DNA from: a virus
Lineage: Duplodnaviria; Caudoviricetes
DNA length: 64,000 nt
IMG/VR virus record: IMGVR_UViG_3300020331_000002
Strand: one strand, 5' to 3'
A program made the position numbers and the translations under genes. Shown piece by piece: positions 12,701 to 20,939 of the stretch (positions within the stretch are counted from its first letter, which is position 1; each line of letters begins with the position of its first letter). The notes below the pieces were generated by a model that was not told the origin of the DNA, did no database searches, and saw only the letters and a program-made list of their open reading frames with translations.

Positions 12701-14234
12701 TATAAAGACTGAAAAGCGGATCTTGGTTAACGTCGTATTTTTGTTGACCAGAGTGGAGCAAGCCAGCGCGAAGCTCGCTTTCGGTATCAAACAAACTGAT
12801 GCGGTCTTCAGTCGCCTCGTATACATACCAAAATAAATCTTTGCCACGGTCAGCCACAAGCTCACCGTCACGTACGGTGACTATGTCGTTGTTAAGGAAT
12901 CTATAACGGCTATTACCTGACAATTCCGGGTGTATGACAACAGGCTCGAAGTCAAGTTGCACCATGCCTTGGCTGTCAACTGTACGGCTAATAACACGAA
13001 ACACGTTGTCGCGTCCGCGATATCTACTGTTGGCTGCGGCCTTTAGTCTATCAAGGTTGTCGTCATGCCAGATACGTGATCCTTCGTTTGACTCAGACAG
13101 GGTAACGTAATCAGTACCAGATATAATATCAATCGGCGAACGCAATACGAACACGTTGTCTACTTTAGGGTTAAACGTGCCGATACTATCGACAGACAAA
13201 ACGTTGTCGACATATCGTAACCAATTAGAACCGGTGTGATATAGTTCAATATCCTTGGTGAACTCTATAATAGGCATACTTGCGCGTTCTGCAAAAGTAA
13301 ACAGCGATATATCAGTTGCTTCTTGTTCGTTTAGCGCTTTTTGCTGTGCTGTGATTGAATCAATATGCAACCAGCCATTAGTGCGAGACCACGGGTTTTT
13401 ATCCTTGGCGCCGCGTTCAATAGTAATATAGTCTTTACCGATTACTGATTCTATAGCGTCCCATGCATTGGTGTCCCAGCCATCCGGACCATCATAGATG
13501 TTAATATCATACGTGTTCGGCGGAGTGCCTCGAGTTTCAACGCCGATTTTAGTAGCATTTTCATCCCAAGGCAGATACTCCCATGGATCAACCGGTAATA
13601 CTTGTTTCTCTACTTCTATAAACTCAACATAGCTACCGATGCCTTCCACGATGAATTTTTTTCCAGCGTAATCACCAGCGGCAATGTTAGTAAACTCAAC
13701 TACCATGCCGTTTAGCATGTCAAAACCAGCAAGGGTTAACGACGTACTACCGACTAGGCCGGCAATATCAACATCAGTTAAGTCCGATACTTTAATTGCA
13801 GGCATATTGTTATACAAGTCAGAGAACCAGTAATACCAAGTGTGGTTTACAAACTTGTCAACATCAATTGGCGGAGACCATACGTACTCGTCTGATTCAA
13901 ACAAGCGTTCATGATTCTCGATATTGCCACCGTTACGCTGCAAATACGCAAGGAAGTCCATATACGACTTAATATCAGTCGGCGTAGTACTTGTATCAGT
14001 GCCCGAAATTACGCCGGGCTCTAGCTGATATGCGTGCCTAAATTTGCTTAGCTCTGGTTTATAATAATCCGAAGTATTGTCATAAACACTGCCTGGACGC
14101 TGGCCAATATATGCCTGGAAATACTGTCTTTCTTGTTCACTAGATAATTGGTCTATAGTTGAACTAAACAGTTTTTCCATTACCGGGGTTCTGTTAACCG
14201 CCGGTAATTTATTGATGTTGTTATTTTTAGCCAT
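3720..14234 (-). CDS. Giant baseplate wedge-type structural protein (3504 aa, gp7-like position)
   Basis: Directly downstream of gp6-like gene; I.DVTLVSSGEGYTKTPTVIV beta motif, two GE.I.Y...L.GL.RG...H..GS motifs, several W-D rich motifs. Confidence 0.65.
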   Translation of the reverse strand: MAKNNNINKLPAVNRTPVMEKLFSSTIDQLSSEQERQYFQAYIGQRPGSVYDNTSDYYKPELSKFRHAYQLEPGVISGTDTSTTPTDIKSYMDFLAYLQRNGGNIENHERLFESDEYVWSPPIDVDKFVNHTWYYWFSDLYNNMPAIKVSDLTDVDIAGLVGSTSLTLAGFDMLNGMVVEFTNIAAGDYAGKKFIVEGIGSYVEFIEVEKQVLPVDPWEYLPWDENATKIGVETRGTPPNTYDINIYDGPDGWDTNAWDAIESVIGKDYITIERGAKDKNPWSRTNGWLHIDSITAQQKALNEQEATDISLFTFAERASMPIIEFTKDIELYHTGSNWLRYVDNVLSVDSIGTFNPKVDNVFVLRSPIDIISGTDYVTLSESNEGSRIWHDDNLDRLKAAANSRYRGRDNVFRVISRTVDSQGMVQLDFEPVVIHPELSGNSRYRFLNNDIVTVRDGELVADRGKDLFWYVYEATEDRISLFDTESELRAGLLHSGQQKYDVNQDPLFSLYNSDSLENRRIEDIPNVIFSGSKLFSYKVNEFSSVLNTEVGKYLTYTGIGQITDIVFTANLDKDRIYVQSDTESVEIPGYYYFKRYPTARNGFAAAGTYENFWSLGDKQKQPIVDQFVATDDLDTRVLTLSLVPEPTTVDIEINGERLSPDVYSVVNDQVFIDAPTSANDNITIKSRSVKTKLELKKILLSQTDYQLIHPVNYSDEVSVFHNGTKLNSNRYRIVNKRTLRFSNFPDTAQDNDTIFVQYESDEVLKDNTSAFYEVPSSLETNYNNEDVVEASVNDLMPHFLSILATHTETGAIRYGQKNQYFNSSKDVSGGKYIRQSSSNLLSVMLTANSKDMPIIPAMKQAGGDYVRFKNKFTKAVKDLSDSGDLTRISQSLDLENTSVIDRVFNEAVTTVLDGSVSYNTYNNTYMFPFGSVYEEFKLSDPSVFRRSAQMSEGFVKYDAINPTLTDISGYDDTRSTLIIIEKLLDSNAQRDYGFAERVLTEGDDYVLFGTDVYMRERYDPDTYPSDPYYRDVSTLYRELTIRVYRNLESSRIPATPSTLGLYPVFKPRYVYDESIPFPGQAPVTPPSEFNKPENGYILGHDGSKTPVYGDVRDQLLLELEKRIYNNIRDEYKKNSLVDGSYTPPLLVNDIVPNQLRKTEFSRKEINEILVRPFNTWTTDNGIQWRENAQYQEGNEWTYNYDAAKVKTNMPNSWRGMYRYRYGTTTPHLTPWECLGFSDRPGDWTSIYGTDYSARNTAMWDEITGVTNVRLPKSKKMGFTEIPVDDDGNLKTPYELGLVSDPDLAKASTFTRDWNFGDGSPAEESWRMSSIYPFEVMRLMLLTKPAKFSDLMWDTVNITASSRSPEQIVFNETGKRVQRSDLVVHGEVRDGEVVSRYGYQQWLSDYLDRNNKNVSELLGQKVRNARVQLVHKMGGFTVPENTTYKTSSINVSGDGANLNVPSENIDTVILDSEVYDVKAYSGIIVRKVRANTFRVYGYDVQSPWFKYYGKLSDARSYTIQGGGEDAPFSTYTEDKQYNIGSIIERNGTYYRAKSTHYSQVFDPTLWTALSELPKINAVSAQVYPERDSTSELSINYGHEFTSVQDLVDFMIGYGAYLNGIGFDFEERDPVTSARRDFVQSSKQLLNWIASNWENNSLLALSPISSKVSVTFDQGYPVPVVSDKSSEFVVLNKAGLPLSRSAIVFGRTEKHISLETASEDAGIFFARFGVKDSEHVVVFDNKTVFDDVMFDGLLQQRKKRIIFDGFRSFGWSGKKEAPGYIITESGSLITNLENNTSSIRDYHNSESVLDRSGITNAARHLIGYDSKDYLTALGLGDNAQYEFYRGMIQEKGTVTSSDKILRALDTDASENITINEEWAVKVGDFGATNNTQRFDILLSSEKVVSDPQAVLIDTPVTDHKKVHSIEIVDLEEFYATPPHIRIIPAPDDTGHIVWATAKCELSEDGRISDVTLVSSGEGYTKTPTVIVSRSDSFDIGGFGTDAWDDTDIAWEDDMVATLEGLSDNDSDKDNIIVVDQDSVDSWHRRPVNTSPIDLFPKTDVIDYDMPTAGYVHIRDVDYTAFNVEQVFDYNSEPAIPSVNYTYDSEGNESVESRDTLWLARNAKDDWDVLRATELLTQQNSAVFKSGSTWYLETDVDLFDVFAREVSSEAFVLYSRLVTIDPSLDTESPRRNIAGKQVLVKPVIDETSEKETSYTRRYALYRDLAGTDLTAADTVLLENADIDELDEFAPVLTMRVICFESCRFDTRNDMEVYSANSPFLEGELAWVDHAAGENDWAVYQFRGNVFVPYEIQAVVNDVVQTTIRQRETLVNTHLFDQAFLYDEKTAETLFLLPVYDPFKGLLPTVVEQNVTWRMTSDPAKYTNSDVYEHVDFNNLFDQDNIGQVWWDTSKMAYLYYEQGSIYERRDYWGAVFPGSEAAVYEWIESDVPPSQYSGSGTPRNINEYTQREVYNSATKASVIKYYFWVSGKTTIAGSLPNRTASVYQVASMILTPTKQNYIWFSPINDHKNDVDRRHRYVEVTTDYETGNFIDLGADWISDVRVFRLRDGKFYGDGHNWRVVKGGLEFDSVLEPNETFAISYQTSSYAVDGNSFVFANVSSVARNRNTAFQINYKYKETHNQNHTEWVIINEDGSDTKLPEAHWEKFIDSFTGITKPTGWDEVKQGLYNLREDGFAYTESKLTTGNVTSLLLDRYDTRFPESRGVIELNGERIYYNTRVIVDADGNESKYGKIKLIGLDRGYQDTDVVEHPVDSYVRLVYETSPDVPAQFVGSYASSALPDLPTQIEAVTGAKSTDSYLMVPDPSLGDYEKYGNSNTPRQSWFKDVFAARKVIFQDINENIKNLRIRSDYPEWNLFLAEQEGTLWQWGVWYADGYSAENVNPTRLVKSPSELSALKSRLVTGDQVRVQPVVNANYTVYEVNSTGSFEIVAVQNETVEILPRAWTGKYSHQLRLELRLLMDLLREYIFVGDTEKYMNSAVFTAFVYVMSEQDHVDWLFKTSYVSVRQTGNTFDTPAITTPNNIELLGSYIEDVKPYRTKIRNFSSAYTVNRDDDSLVEIAGLEDIVTTTTININRVWSESVSDIPPNDGSVTSLTYDEASFDRVNDINAGRVYAIDSGEFGTFDENDPGLMSASDAGYMHIEYKPEMNQTFVVEFDVTTQVVDVMGPFVFVNGREINMFNYDATEKVLRVIVPLHEGDIVEIYDVRPSESRSFANPMTREDLMSGIAPIEVHDALVVTVETNPSHIIEYVKVTSDNLTLADVDSSTSRVYVARKVPRYNVSPNVTTEWIVEELSDFFDNVRSEPWDEYVDGEYVHRWDSTPWDTDASITFDNTTIPVNSWLVIVSESSFSDANYAYRYLLDETSDHQVFVMGNASATVSSSELPSNKYSVKVEGDYTSQGNTGRFWINGEMVSYSNIAYDGAHTTFYGLKRGQLSTSIANHAPGSRIQFVSDTQFVDPDVFYTGDSFEFDSGVESFVKSSGAANPITYKYL

Positions 14235-14237
14235 AAA

Positions 14238-17200
14238 TTATGATCTTTTTCTCATATTACCTGGTGTGAGATCGTTTACAATCTCAACGTTATCAACTGT
14301 GGCAGTCGATATAAATAATTCGTTTGTTTCAGCCTGTACTTTAAACAAGTCACCAAATGTGCCAGTGGCTTTTTCGGGAACAATAACAACAGAACTAATC
14401 TTTGTAGACAAACGTTGATGTATGAATGCCGACAATTCAGTGTAATAAAAGCTATCACCGAAATTCCAGTTAGAAATTTCAAAGTATTCATCTATAGCCT
14501 TTATAACTTCTGTTTTAATTTCGTTATCGCTTACCACTACGCCTGGTATTTTAACTACTAGGAATTTCGCTTGGTGTTCTTTATTAGCTTGTGTTCCGAA
14601 TAGAGTTTTAAATTTAGCAGGACGAAATACAATCTCGTCACTCATCATTTTATACTCTTTTAAGTCACCAAACTGTATACCCAATTCACGCATTGTCGGG
14701 TAATCAGGAAACTCACTAGCACTACCGTTTGATCGCTTCCAGCTCTGCACTTGTGCGTAATATCCACTCGTCAAAACATACATATCAACTATGTTACTTG
14801 GACTAGGATCTATACGGTGATCAGTTGGCGCATAATGGATCCATCTAAAGTAAACAGGAAGCGTTTCATCGCTAAAGGTATTTACCGCAAATGATCTGCC
14901 CCTTTTTGCCGAATACGAAGTAGATTCAACAATATTTGACGTAACCGTTTCGCCGTCCGGAATATCATCAACGTGTTTAATTAACGGCAAAATATAAAAC
15001 TTATCTTCAGACTCAATATAAACAACTTTGTTCTCGAAATTACGAGCAACTGTAAATTGGGTACGTCTATCAACTGCACCGCTTGACACTATGGACGCAA
15101 ACAAAGTCATATAAGAGTAATCAGGCATCGTGATCATTTTAATATTACGAATACGCTGGCCGTTAAATTCAATATTAGTCCAGTCAATTAAGTTAAGTTG
15201 GCTAGTTGCGGTAATATTAACAATGCCGCCTACTAATACATTTTCAGTCTCGTTTCCTTGGTAATCAATTACAGACTCAAACGCAACTTTAGACGCAAGT
15301 GGCACAAAGTTATCAAACGCAAGTGGGTTTTCACTCACGCCATCAGCGTTTAAATCCGCGGGTGTTATTTCCACTCGTCGGTTATTAACTGAACCATCAT
15401 CGTTTAGATACTGTTTCACCACGTTAAAAATAATATCATTACCTAAACGAGCACCGTCGCTGTAAGTAATTGTAACGGATGATTGACCGTCAGTTACAGG
15501 CGGTAACGAATCCAAATCACTGTCCGATACTTTTACAAAACCGTTACTTGCTTCCATAGAAATATTAGTAAACGCGCCTGTTTTAGTAAGCGTCACGTTA
15601 CTGCTATTACCTGGGCGAGTCATCACAATAATATTATCCGTGGTGACTGTCCCGTTGCGCCATACCACTTTTGTTTCAGTACTTTGTAGTACGCCGAAAG
15701 AATCATATCTCGGTATTTTCTCTACCGATCCAACCCATGTTTCACTAGGGTAAGGACTCGTGTTATCAGCAGTCAATACAATTTGGTCTCGACGAGCACG
15801 ACCGGTATATAAATCAATCGCAGGATTGTCGCCATCATAAAAGAATGCCGCTTGCTGGTAGCTTTCAAATACATAACGATCGCCGCGTGTAATTACCCTA
15901 TACTTCGTTAGGTTATTTTCTCTAAGTGATTCAAAATAAATTAACCAAGAGTTTTCACCAGTAATTTCAAAGTCAGCATCAGGGTCAGCTATATTTTCAA
16001 TAATATACCATTGTTCTTCAATGATGTCGTAACCTAATCCAAATGACTTGGTATTAATTATATTCTCTATAATGTTGATCCCAACACTGTCAGTGATATT
16101 TGAGTTGTCGCCGACTGTGCTTGACACGGTTTCATAAAGACTTGCGGTTGTTCCGTCTACTCGTTGTTTAATTCCAGTAAAATATGATGAGAAATCAATA
16201 TTCATTCTAGGAATGATACGAGTTAATATGTAGCCGGCTGGTACCTCTTTACTCAACGTAATCGGACCACGGGTTTCATTGTCCGACGGGATACCAAAAC
16301 GAGTCAGTCCGGTTACATTCACATGTATTTTATCAAACGAATCGTTCGGGTTCACAAACGTCAATGCAGCGCCTTGTTTGATATTAGGCAAAATGCCACC
16401 ATAACTATTTGTATCTTGCGAGGACAAGGTCACGTCACTGTTACCTCGTCTAAAATATAAGTAGCCATAGTTATATTTGCTCAAGCCTGGTTTTGTTTTC
16501 CAAAGCACAGGGACTTCAGTATCAACGACAAAAGCGTCTAGACCCGCCTCTGGCAAATAACTCGCAAAGAAAAAGTTTCGTAAACGATAATTATCCACAA
16601 ACGGCGACACTCGGTTGATTAGCAAATCCCGCACTGGTATCTTATTACTCTGGGATGCGGCGACAGGAATATCAAATATCTCTTGTTCTGGCTGATCACG
16701 TTCAATAAACAATACCCCGTCGTCGCCTGCTACGCTTAAATTCTTGACATAGCCTGTCGGATCCGCTGTGTTAACGTATCTACTATGGCCGGCATACGTG
16801 CGGTTCACAGCGTGAAGCTTTTCAATCTCGTTACCTTTTTGTAGAGGTAGTGAGTTGTAATCTTCGCCGTTAACCATACGGTTTTGGGTGTAATATACTG
16901 CCGGAGCGCGTTGCTTAATATTCTCAGTTGTTTCAGACGGTGCGCCGTTATCTACTGTATATTCCAAGCTAGCAGTTACCGTAAGTGTGTAGGTTTGTTG
17001 GTCCTTACCGATATAACGAAGCGCTATTTGGATATTGCTAGCGTCACTAGGACGGATAATAACATTTTCGTTCTGTGACTGGCGGTACCATACTCGGTAG
17101 TTACCTTTAGGCATCTCGCCGTTTACACCGTCGCTGAATTTCAAACTAACGGTGTCGTTCAAGTTAGTAATTTCAGAATATATCTTACGCTCAGATGCGC

Positions 17201-18170
17201 TTATACCGTTGTAAGAAATGTTCGTGCCAATATCAGTCGGTACTTTAGTCCATTTCTCAATAACTTCTTGAGTAGAACGATCTATTCGCTGGAAATAAAC
17301 GTCTTGGTTATTGATATTCTGCTCATTGATATCCAGAATACGGTTAGGCACAGGCGATGTAAATTCAAAGCTAGACGACGTCAGACTGCCTTGTTTGAAA
17401 TATAAGAAAAACCCGTTGTTAATTGAGCTAGTGCCTTGGCCGTCATTCACATACAACATATGAAACGGGTCTGCTGGATCCGGGTGTCTCTCATAAACAT
17501 AGCCACCGTCGTCAAAATTGGCGTTGGTGATGTTAAGTGGCAATGATCTACCGTTAACGTTGATATCGACTGAGTAGTTATCTAGCGCGGTTTCGCTTGT
17601 GTTTACTGCGTATAGCTCAGTAGTTTCGCCGCCTACTTGGCCTGACTTTAGCGGCCTACCAAATTGGTTGGTTGTTAGAAAAGCTGCGTTTAGAATACTG
17701 GTGAACTGCTCAATTGAATCACTGTTATTCGCATCGTCCCAATATACGTTTGTGCCTTTTAGATTGCGACCAGCTGAGTCATATACGTCTTGGCTGGTTG
17801 ACACTGATCTAACGCGCAACAGACCACGAGCAGGTATATTACGACTAGCTTCGTAACTAAGCATACGAGCAAGACGCACAACAGAGTCACGACGCTCGGC
17901 GGTGTCGAGAAAGTTTTCACGAGTGTTCATATCAGTACGTAGCGCCATTGACGTTGTTACAAAGGCTAACAGGTCTACAATAGCAATTAGTTCTGAACTT
18001 TCCACGAAGTCATTGAAGTCTTCCGGATAGTGCTCGTTTATATACGACAGCAAATCACGTTTGATGCCGTCGAAATCATAGTTTGTGAAGTTAACGTCTT
18101 TAAAACTGCGAAAGACTTTTAGGTAGTCCTCTGCCGCAAAAAGTGTTGATTGACGTAAGGGTTGTGACAT
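14238..18170 (-). CDS. gp6: Baseplate wedge protein, T4 gp6-like
   Basis: N-term YDFDGIKRDL..YI...YPEDFNDFVESSE..AI.DLLAF...RTDMNTRENFLDTAERRDSV.RLARMLSY; ET.E.IKQRAP..YYTQNRMV..EDY; follows gp25. Confidence 0.88.
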   Translation of the reverse strand: MSQPLRQSTLFAAEDYLKVFRSFKDVNFTNYDFDGIKRDLLSYINEHYPEDFNDFVESSELIAIVDLLAFVTTSMALRTDMNTRENFLDTAERRDSVVRLARMLSYEASRNIPARGLLRVRSVSTSQDVYDSAGRNLKGTNVYWDDANNSDSIEQFTSILNAAFLTTNQFGRPLKSGQVGGETTELYAVNTSETALDNYSVDINVNGRSLPLNITNANFDDGGYVYERHPDPADPFHMLYVNDGQGTSSINNGFFLYFKQGSLTSSSFEFTSPVPNRILDINEQNINNQDVYFQRIDRSTQEVIEKWTKVPTDIGTNISYNGISASERKIYSEITNLNDTVSLKFSDGVNGEMPKGNYRVWYRQSQNENVIIRPSDASNIQIALRYIGKDQQTYTLTVTASLEYTVDNGAPSETTENIKQRAPAVYYTQNRMVNGEDYNSLPLQKGNEIEKLHAVNRTYAGHSRYVNTADPTGYVKNLSVAGDDGVLFIERDQPEQEIFDIPVAASQSNKIPVRDLLINRVSPFVDNYRLRNFFFASYLPEAGLDAFVVDTEVPVLWKTKPGLSKYNYGYLYFRRGNSDVTLSSQDTNSYGGILPNIKQGAALTFVNPNDSFDKIHVNVTGLTRFGIPSDNETRGPITLSKEVPAGYILTRIIPRMNIDFSSYFTGIKQRVDGTTASLYETVSSTVGDNSNITDSVGINIIENIINTKSFGLGYDIIEEQWYIIENIADPDADFEITGENSWLIYFESLRENNLTKYRVITRGDRYVFESYQQAAFFYDGDNPAIDLYTGRARRDQIVLTADNTSPYPSETWVGSVEKIPRYDSFGVLQSTETKVVWRNGTVTTDNIIVMTRPGNSSNVTLTKTGAFTNISMEASNGFVKVSDSDLDSLPPVTDGQSSVTITYSDGARLGNDIIFNVVKQYLNDDGSVNNRRVEITPADLNADGVSENPLAFDNFVPLASKVAFESVIDYQGNETENVLVGGIVNITATSQLNLIDWTNIEFNGQRIRNIKMITMPDYSYMTLFASIVSSGAVDRRTQFTVARNFENKVVYIESEDKFYILPLIKHVDDIPDGETVTSNIVESTSYSAKRGRSFAVNTFSDETLPVYFRWIHYAPTDHRIDPSPSNIVDMYVLTSGYYAQVQSWKRSNGSASEFPDYPTMRELGIQFGDLKEYKMMSDEIVFRPAKFKTLFGTQANKEHQAKFLVVKIPGVVVSDNEIKTEVIKAIDEYFEISNWNFGDSFYYTELSAFIHQRLSTKISSVVIVPEKATGTFGDLFKVQAETNELFISTATVDNVEIVNDLTPGNMRKRS

Positions 18171-18174
18171 GCTG

Positions 18175-18540
18175 TTAAATTCCTGTATTTTCCGTATATT
18201 CTAGGTATAATTGGTCGGTTGTTCCCAACGGATCGTAATTGATTGTGGCCGAGATCAAGATAGAATGATCGCCTACTTGTGCTGACACTGACACCACGGT
18301 AACACGCGGATCTCTGCGCAATATTAGTCTGACTTCATCTTCTATGGCGTCTACTACTGCCTGTTCGTTCGGTTCTCCCAAATACAGATGCAGGTTAGAC
18401 CCGTAACTAACGTTACCGATCCTTGATCCACGTCGGGTTGTCAATTCATTTAGAATATCGCGCTTCACTAATTCGGCATCCGTTAATGTGTACGGCCCCG
18501 AAGTTTTGTTAATTGTACTGAGTCCTTTGAATCTAGCCAT
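18175..18540 (-). CDS. gp25: Baseplate wedge subunit, gp25-like
   Basis: LTD.ELVKRDILN.L.TRRGSR...YGSNL...L.EP...IEDEV..IL.RDPRV; CTAAATA late motif at 18567-18573 (minus). Confidence 0.9.
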   Translation of the reverse strand: MARFKGLSTINKTSGPYTLTDAELVKRDILNELTTRRGSRIGNVSYGSNLHLYLGEPNEQAVVDAIEDEVRLILRRDPRVTVVSVSAQVGDHSILISATINYDPLGTTDQLYLEYTENTGI

Positions 18541-18596
18541 AGTCCTGATATCTTGCTCTTTAAGGATATTTAGTTGAAAAAAATTTCAAAAATATC

Positions 18597-18625
18597 TTGA
18601 CAGGATATTACTTTGGCACTATTAT
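18597..18625 (+). promoter_or_regulatory. Sigma70-type early promoter
   Basis: TTGACA-N17-TATTAT preceded by A/T tracts. Confidence 0.75.
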
Positions 18626-18672
18626 AGTTTTTACTTTTTTACTTTTCCACAATAATAAGAGGTTTAAAACCC

Positions 18673-18936
18673 ATGTCAGTTAAAAAGTTAGCACAAGAGA
18701 TCACTGATCTTCACTCTCGCTTTGCAGACTACAACAAGAAACATCCTGGACGTCGGTTCCATATCATCAGAACCGGTAATAGCAACCGCCCACAGTTGCA
18801 CTGGATCATTAACGAATTCGGTGTTTACGATTCAAAGTCGAAGAAGTACATTCTGGCGTACATTAATCATTTTGATGCTCCTAGCGCAGTTGAAGAGATG
18901 CGCGAACTAATCACTTCGGCTGAAAAGGAAAAGTAA
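18673..18936 (+). CDS. Hypothetical protein (87 aa), counter-oriented insertion in the baseplate operon
   Basis: SD GAGG, own sigma70 promoter and terminator. Confidence 0.75.
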   Translation: MSVKKLAQEITDLHSRFADYNKKHPGRRFHIIRTGNSNRPQLHWIINEFGVYDSKSKKYILAYINHFDAPSAVEEMRELITSAEKEK

Positions 18937-18949
18937 GTCGAAGTTAGGT

Positions 18950-18978
18950 AAAAAAGGCGCTTAAAAGCGCCTTTTTTT
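18950..18978. terminator. Bidirectional intrinsic terminator
   Basis: AAAAAAGGCGC-TTAAAA-GCGCCTTTTT between convergent genes. Confidence 0.85.
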
Positions 18979-20938
18979 ATCCCCGTTTATCTGTCTTGTA
19001 GTCGGGATACCATTTTTCTACATCACCTGTATTTTCATGCTCCCTGCACGGCTCACGTGTCATAAATCGTTTAACGATTGTTTTGATTTCTTCTGACATG
19101 TAACTCAACGAAAATACCTTATTGCCGTCGGGTTTCAATTCACCCAATACGTTGTATTTTTCATTTAATTCAGCAAGTTGTATTTCATCAGGCTCGATAG
19201 GATCGACTACCATTTCTTCGTTTACGTCTGATCCCGTGCCAGCTGCGCCTACACCAGATGCACCGGGCGACACAACGGCAGCAAGGAAGTTAGGTGAGCC
19301 ATTACCATCCAAAGTGTCTTTGACGTTCTGTGCCTTTACCGAACCAGCCAAGTGCGTAGTACCTTGCAAACCTATTTTACTAGCGTTAAGGCCTACTTCT
19401 GAAGCATCTATGGTAGACTTTCCACCTGAGGTAACACCAACAGTACCGTCAGTTGTAATGCCTATTGATCCTGCCATGTTTATAGTTGAACCGGAGCTCT
19501 TAATAGTCGTAGTATCACCAGTCACGCGCAACGACGGCGTCTTAGTTGTTATGTGCTGCTCTACTTCTGTAACTGAGTTGCCTTCTATTTTTACGGTTAC
19601 GTTTGCTTCTGAGTATGTATATGAATCCATTCTGTAAATTGAATGGGTGTTTTTACGGTACTCGGTTTTTACTTCATCTTGGTAAACAAAGTTTGATTTC
19701 TTCTTGATGTCACTGCGCAGATCGTTTTCAACATAAATGTCATAGTCGTTGTTAGCTTGTATCTTGATATTGCCGCCTTGGCCTTCTAGTTCCTCGGCAA
19801 CTTCGCCTTTATCAGAACCTTTGTAATCTTTAGCGGCTTTCAATTGCATATCGCGACCAGCTTCAATATTAATATCCCTGTCGGCACGCAAGTTAAGGTC
19901 TTCATGGCTTCGAACACTTACTGATTTTGCACTAAAGATATCTACATTGCCTGTTTCACTTAATTGTATCCAGGCATTACCATCACGGTTGTTAATGTAA
20001 ACAATACCGTCAGTTTCACCTATATAAATCTGTGCGCCTGAACGGGTACGTAATCTCACAAACTCCGAGCCTTCTTCATCACTCAAAACAAATTGTGAGC
20101 CACCCTTTCTACGAATAGGTACTTCTTGGGTGTCTTCTAACTCAGGGTCTAATTGATGCTTGGTAGTTGACTTATATATTGCCTCGCTTTTTGACTGTGA
20201 GAAACTAGGCTTATTACCCTTTACGGCATAATATTCTGCATCAGCTGCGGGGTCAGTTATGCGCGGGCCAGGCGTATTCATACCATATATTTCAGCTGCG
20301 TTTGACGTCATAGAACCAACACTTGTAGGCCCCCTAACTTGGTCATGTATCAAACCACTTTTGCGCAAGCCTGCAGAAAGATACGGCTGAATAGGACGAT
20401 TCTCATCTCTAAAACTCTCTGTAACAGCCGAATAGAGTTTATTGTACTCTGCAACGGGCAACGGTGTACTTTCTGAATTGGTACTGTCATAGAACCCGTC
20501 GCGTCTTTTATTGGGTTCTTTGGCTGTAACTGCGGGCACCATATTATGTGAGTGGGCTTCTGGTATACATGCGAACCAATATGCTCTGGTAGTTTTACCC
20601 ACAGCCAACGCAATTAATACTTGGTTATTAATATCAGGCGGCACAGCCCAGAAGCCGTAGCTAGACTGAGTATCAACATACGACTGGTGATCGTTACCGA
20701 TCCAGTCTAACGGGGTTGATCCGGCGAAAGGGCTCGCGTAATGACATTTTATCCACCCGTTCCTGTCGCTTGGTGCTGAGCCCGAAAGCTCAGGCACGTA
20801 CACCATCAAGCTGCCGTTTCTACGAATGTCACGGTTGTCTTTAACTTGCCCTACATAAATGCTTTGGTTGTTTTTACCAGGATAATGATCACCGGAATCA
20901 GTAATCATATCCGGCTTGTTATTCTTTACACTTCTCAT
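18977..20938 (-). CDS. gp5: Baseplate hub / tail spike, gp5-like (OB-fold plus beta-helix, no recognisable lysozyme domain)
   Basis: GQVKDN.D...GSLMVYVPEL, YASPF.GST, SYGFWAVPPD..NQVL, then RTRSGAQI...SETGNVDIFS..SVSVRS..DLNLRADRDINIEAGR repeats. Confidence 0.85.
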   Translation of the reverse strand: MRSVKNNKPDMITDSGDHYPGKNNQSIYVGQVKDNRDIRRNGSLMVYVPELSGSAPSDRNGWIKCHYASPFAGSTPLDWIGNDHQSYVDTQSSYGFWAVPPDINNQVLIALAVGKTTRAYWFACIPEAHSHNMVPAVTAKEPNKRRDGFYDSTNSESTPLPVAEYNKLYSAVTESFRDENRPIQPYLSAGLRKSGLIHDQVRGPTSVGSMTSNAAEIYGMNTPGPRITDPAADAEYYAVKGNKPSFSQSKSEAIYKSTTKHQLDPELEDTQEVPIRRKGGSQFVLSDEEGSEFVRLRTRSGAQIYIGETDGIVYINNRDGNAWIQLSETGNVDIFSAKSVSVRSHEDLNLRADRDINIEAGRDMQLKAAKDYKGSDKGEVAEELEGQGGNIKIQANNDYDIYVENDLRSDIKKKSNFVYQDEVKTEYRKNTHSIYRMDSYTYSEANVTVKIEGNSVTEVEQHITTKTPSLRVTGDTTTIKSSGSTINMAGSIGITTDGTVGVTSGGKSTIDASEVGLNASKIGLQGTTHLAGSVKAQNVKDTLDGNGSPNFLAAVVSPGASGVGAAGTGSDVNEEMVVDPIEPDEIQLAELNEKYNVLGELKPDGNKVFSLSYMSEEIKTIVKRFMTREPCREHENTGDVEKWYPDYKTDKRG

Positions 20939-20939
20939 A

